Shown in pieces: positions 63,680 through 64,000 of a DNA stretch of 64,000 nucleotides; position 1 is the first letter of the stretch; each line of letters begins with the position of its first letter. Source of the stretch: an uncultured Methanoregulaceae archaeon. GTDB taxonomy: Archaea > Halobacteriota > Methanomicrobia > Methanomicrobiales > Methanospirillaceae. Location: assembly GCA_963717525.1 (NCBI GenBank), contig OY970343.1, positions 384,001 to 448,000 on the forward strand, given 5' to 3'. Below the pieces are notes generated by a model that did not search any database, had not been told where the DNA came from, and saw only the letters and a program-made list of their open reading frames with translations. Both the position numbers and the translations under genes were made by a program.

Positions 63680-64000
63680 ATGGATGAGACCCACACCATC
63701 TGGATAGAGAAATACCGGCCGGCCAGGCTCGCCGATATTGTCGGTCAGGACGATATTGTTGAACGGCTCTCATCCTATGTAAAGTCCGGCAACCTCCCGC
63801 ACCTCCTTTTTACCGGAAGTGCCGGTGTGGGAAAGACAACTGCGGCAGTCACCCTTGCCCGGGAGTTTTTCGGGTCATCGTGGCGGATGAACTTCCGCGA
63901 GCTTAACGCGTCTGACGAGCGCGGTATCGATGTGGTGCGTAACCAGATCAAGGAGTTCGCCAGAACCCGGCCCGCCGGGGAGGAAGCATTCAAGATCCTG
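63680..64000 (+). CDS. rfcS: Replication factor C small subunit, N-terminal part (runs off the window)
   Basis: Manual translation: [41 protein letters not shown]. Confidence 0.95.
   Translation, partial: MDETHTIWIEKYRPARLADIVGQDDIVERLSSYVKSGNLPHLLFTGSAGVGKTTAAVTLAREFFGSSWRMNFRELNASDERGIDVVRNQIKEFARTRPAGEEAFKIL

Noticed and set aside
63680..64000. Intein in rfcS (also checked in nrdD, lhr and top6B)
   Set aside because: Motifs are contiguous at the usual insertion points (e.g. GKTT) and protein lengths are normal

Overview
Archaeal chromosomal DNA from a methanogen, most likely Methanomicrobiales (Methanoregula-like). This assignment is inferred from TBP, RFC, Topo VI, MfnB, an FrhB-family protein, the class III RNR type and a DUF3821-like surface protein. 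The window is mostly housekeeping genes (top6A/B, hisS, valS, larB, nadM, ychF, tmk, mfnB, guaB, sod, nrdD/nrdH, thpR, cca, tbp, lhr, rfcS, tRNA-Leu(CAG)). It also carries a large nitrogen-assimilation cluster: a split glutamate synthase with an F420-binding subunit, glnA, two amt, two P-II genes, a second FMN glutamate-synthase-like gene and three perfect NrpR-type GGAA-N6-TTCC operators. Two AT-rich accessory islets are present. The first (about 16.6-20.6 kb) has an Mrr-like nuclease, a PKD surface protein and an FRG plus HEPN-like pair, followed by an MntA-HepT toxin-antitoxin pair. The second (about 27.7-30.2 kb) has a methyltransferase-nuclease fusion and a tiny Zn-finger ORF. Intergenic spaces hold several families of GC-rich hairpin repeats, including a 235-bp MITE in two copies. 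Many genes, including essential ones, carry single-base frameshifts, which most likely reflect assembly indel errors. The most notable observations are an NrdD with no glycyl-radical domain, a His-type/Glu-type Amt paralogue pair with different operator content, and an RHH domain fused to an acyl-CoA synthetase.
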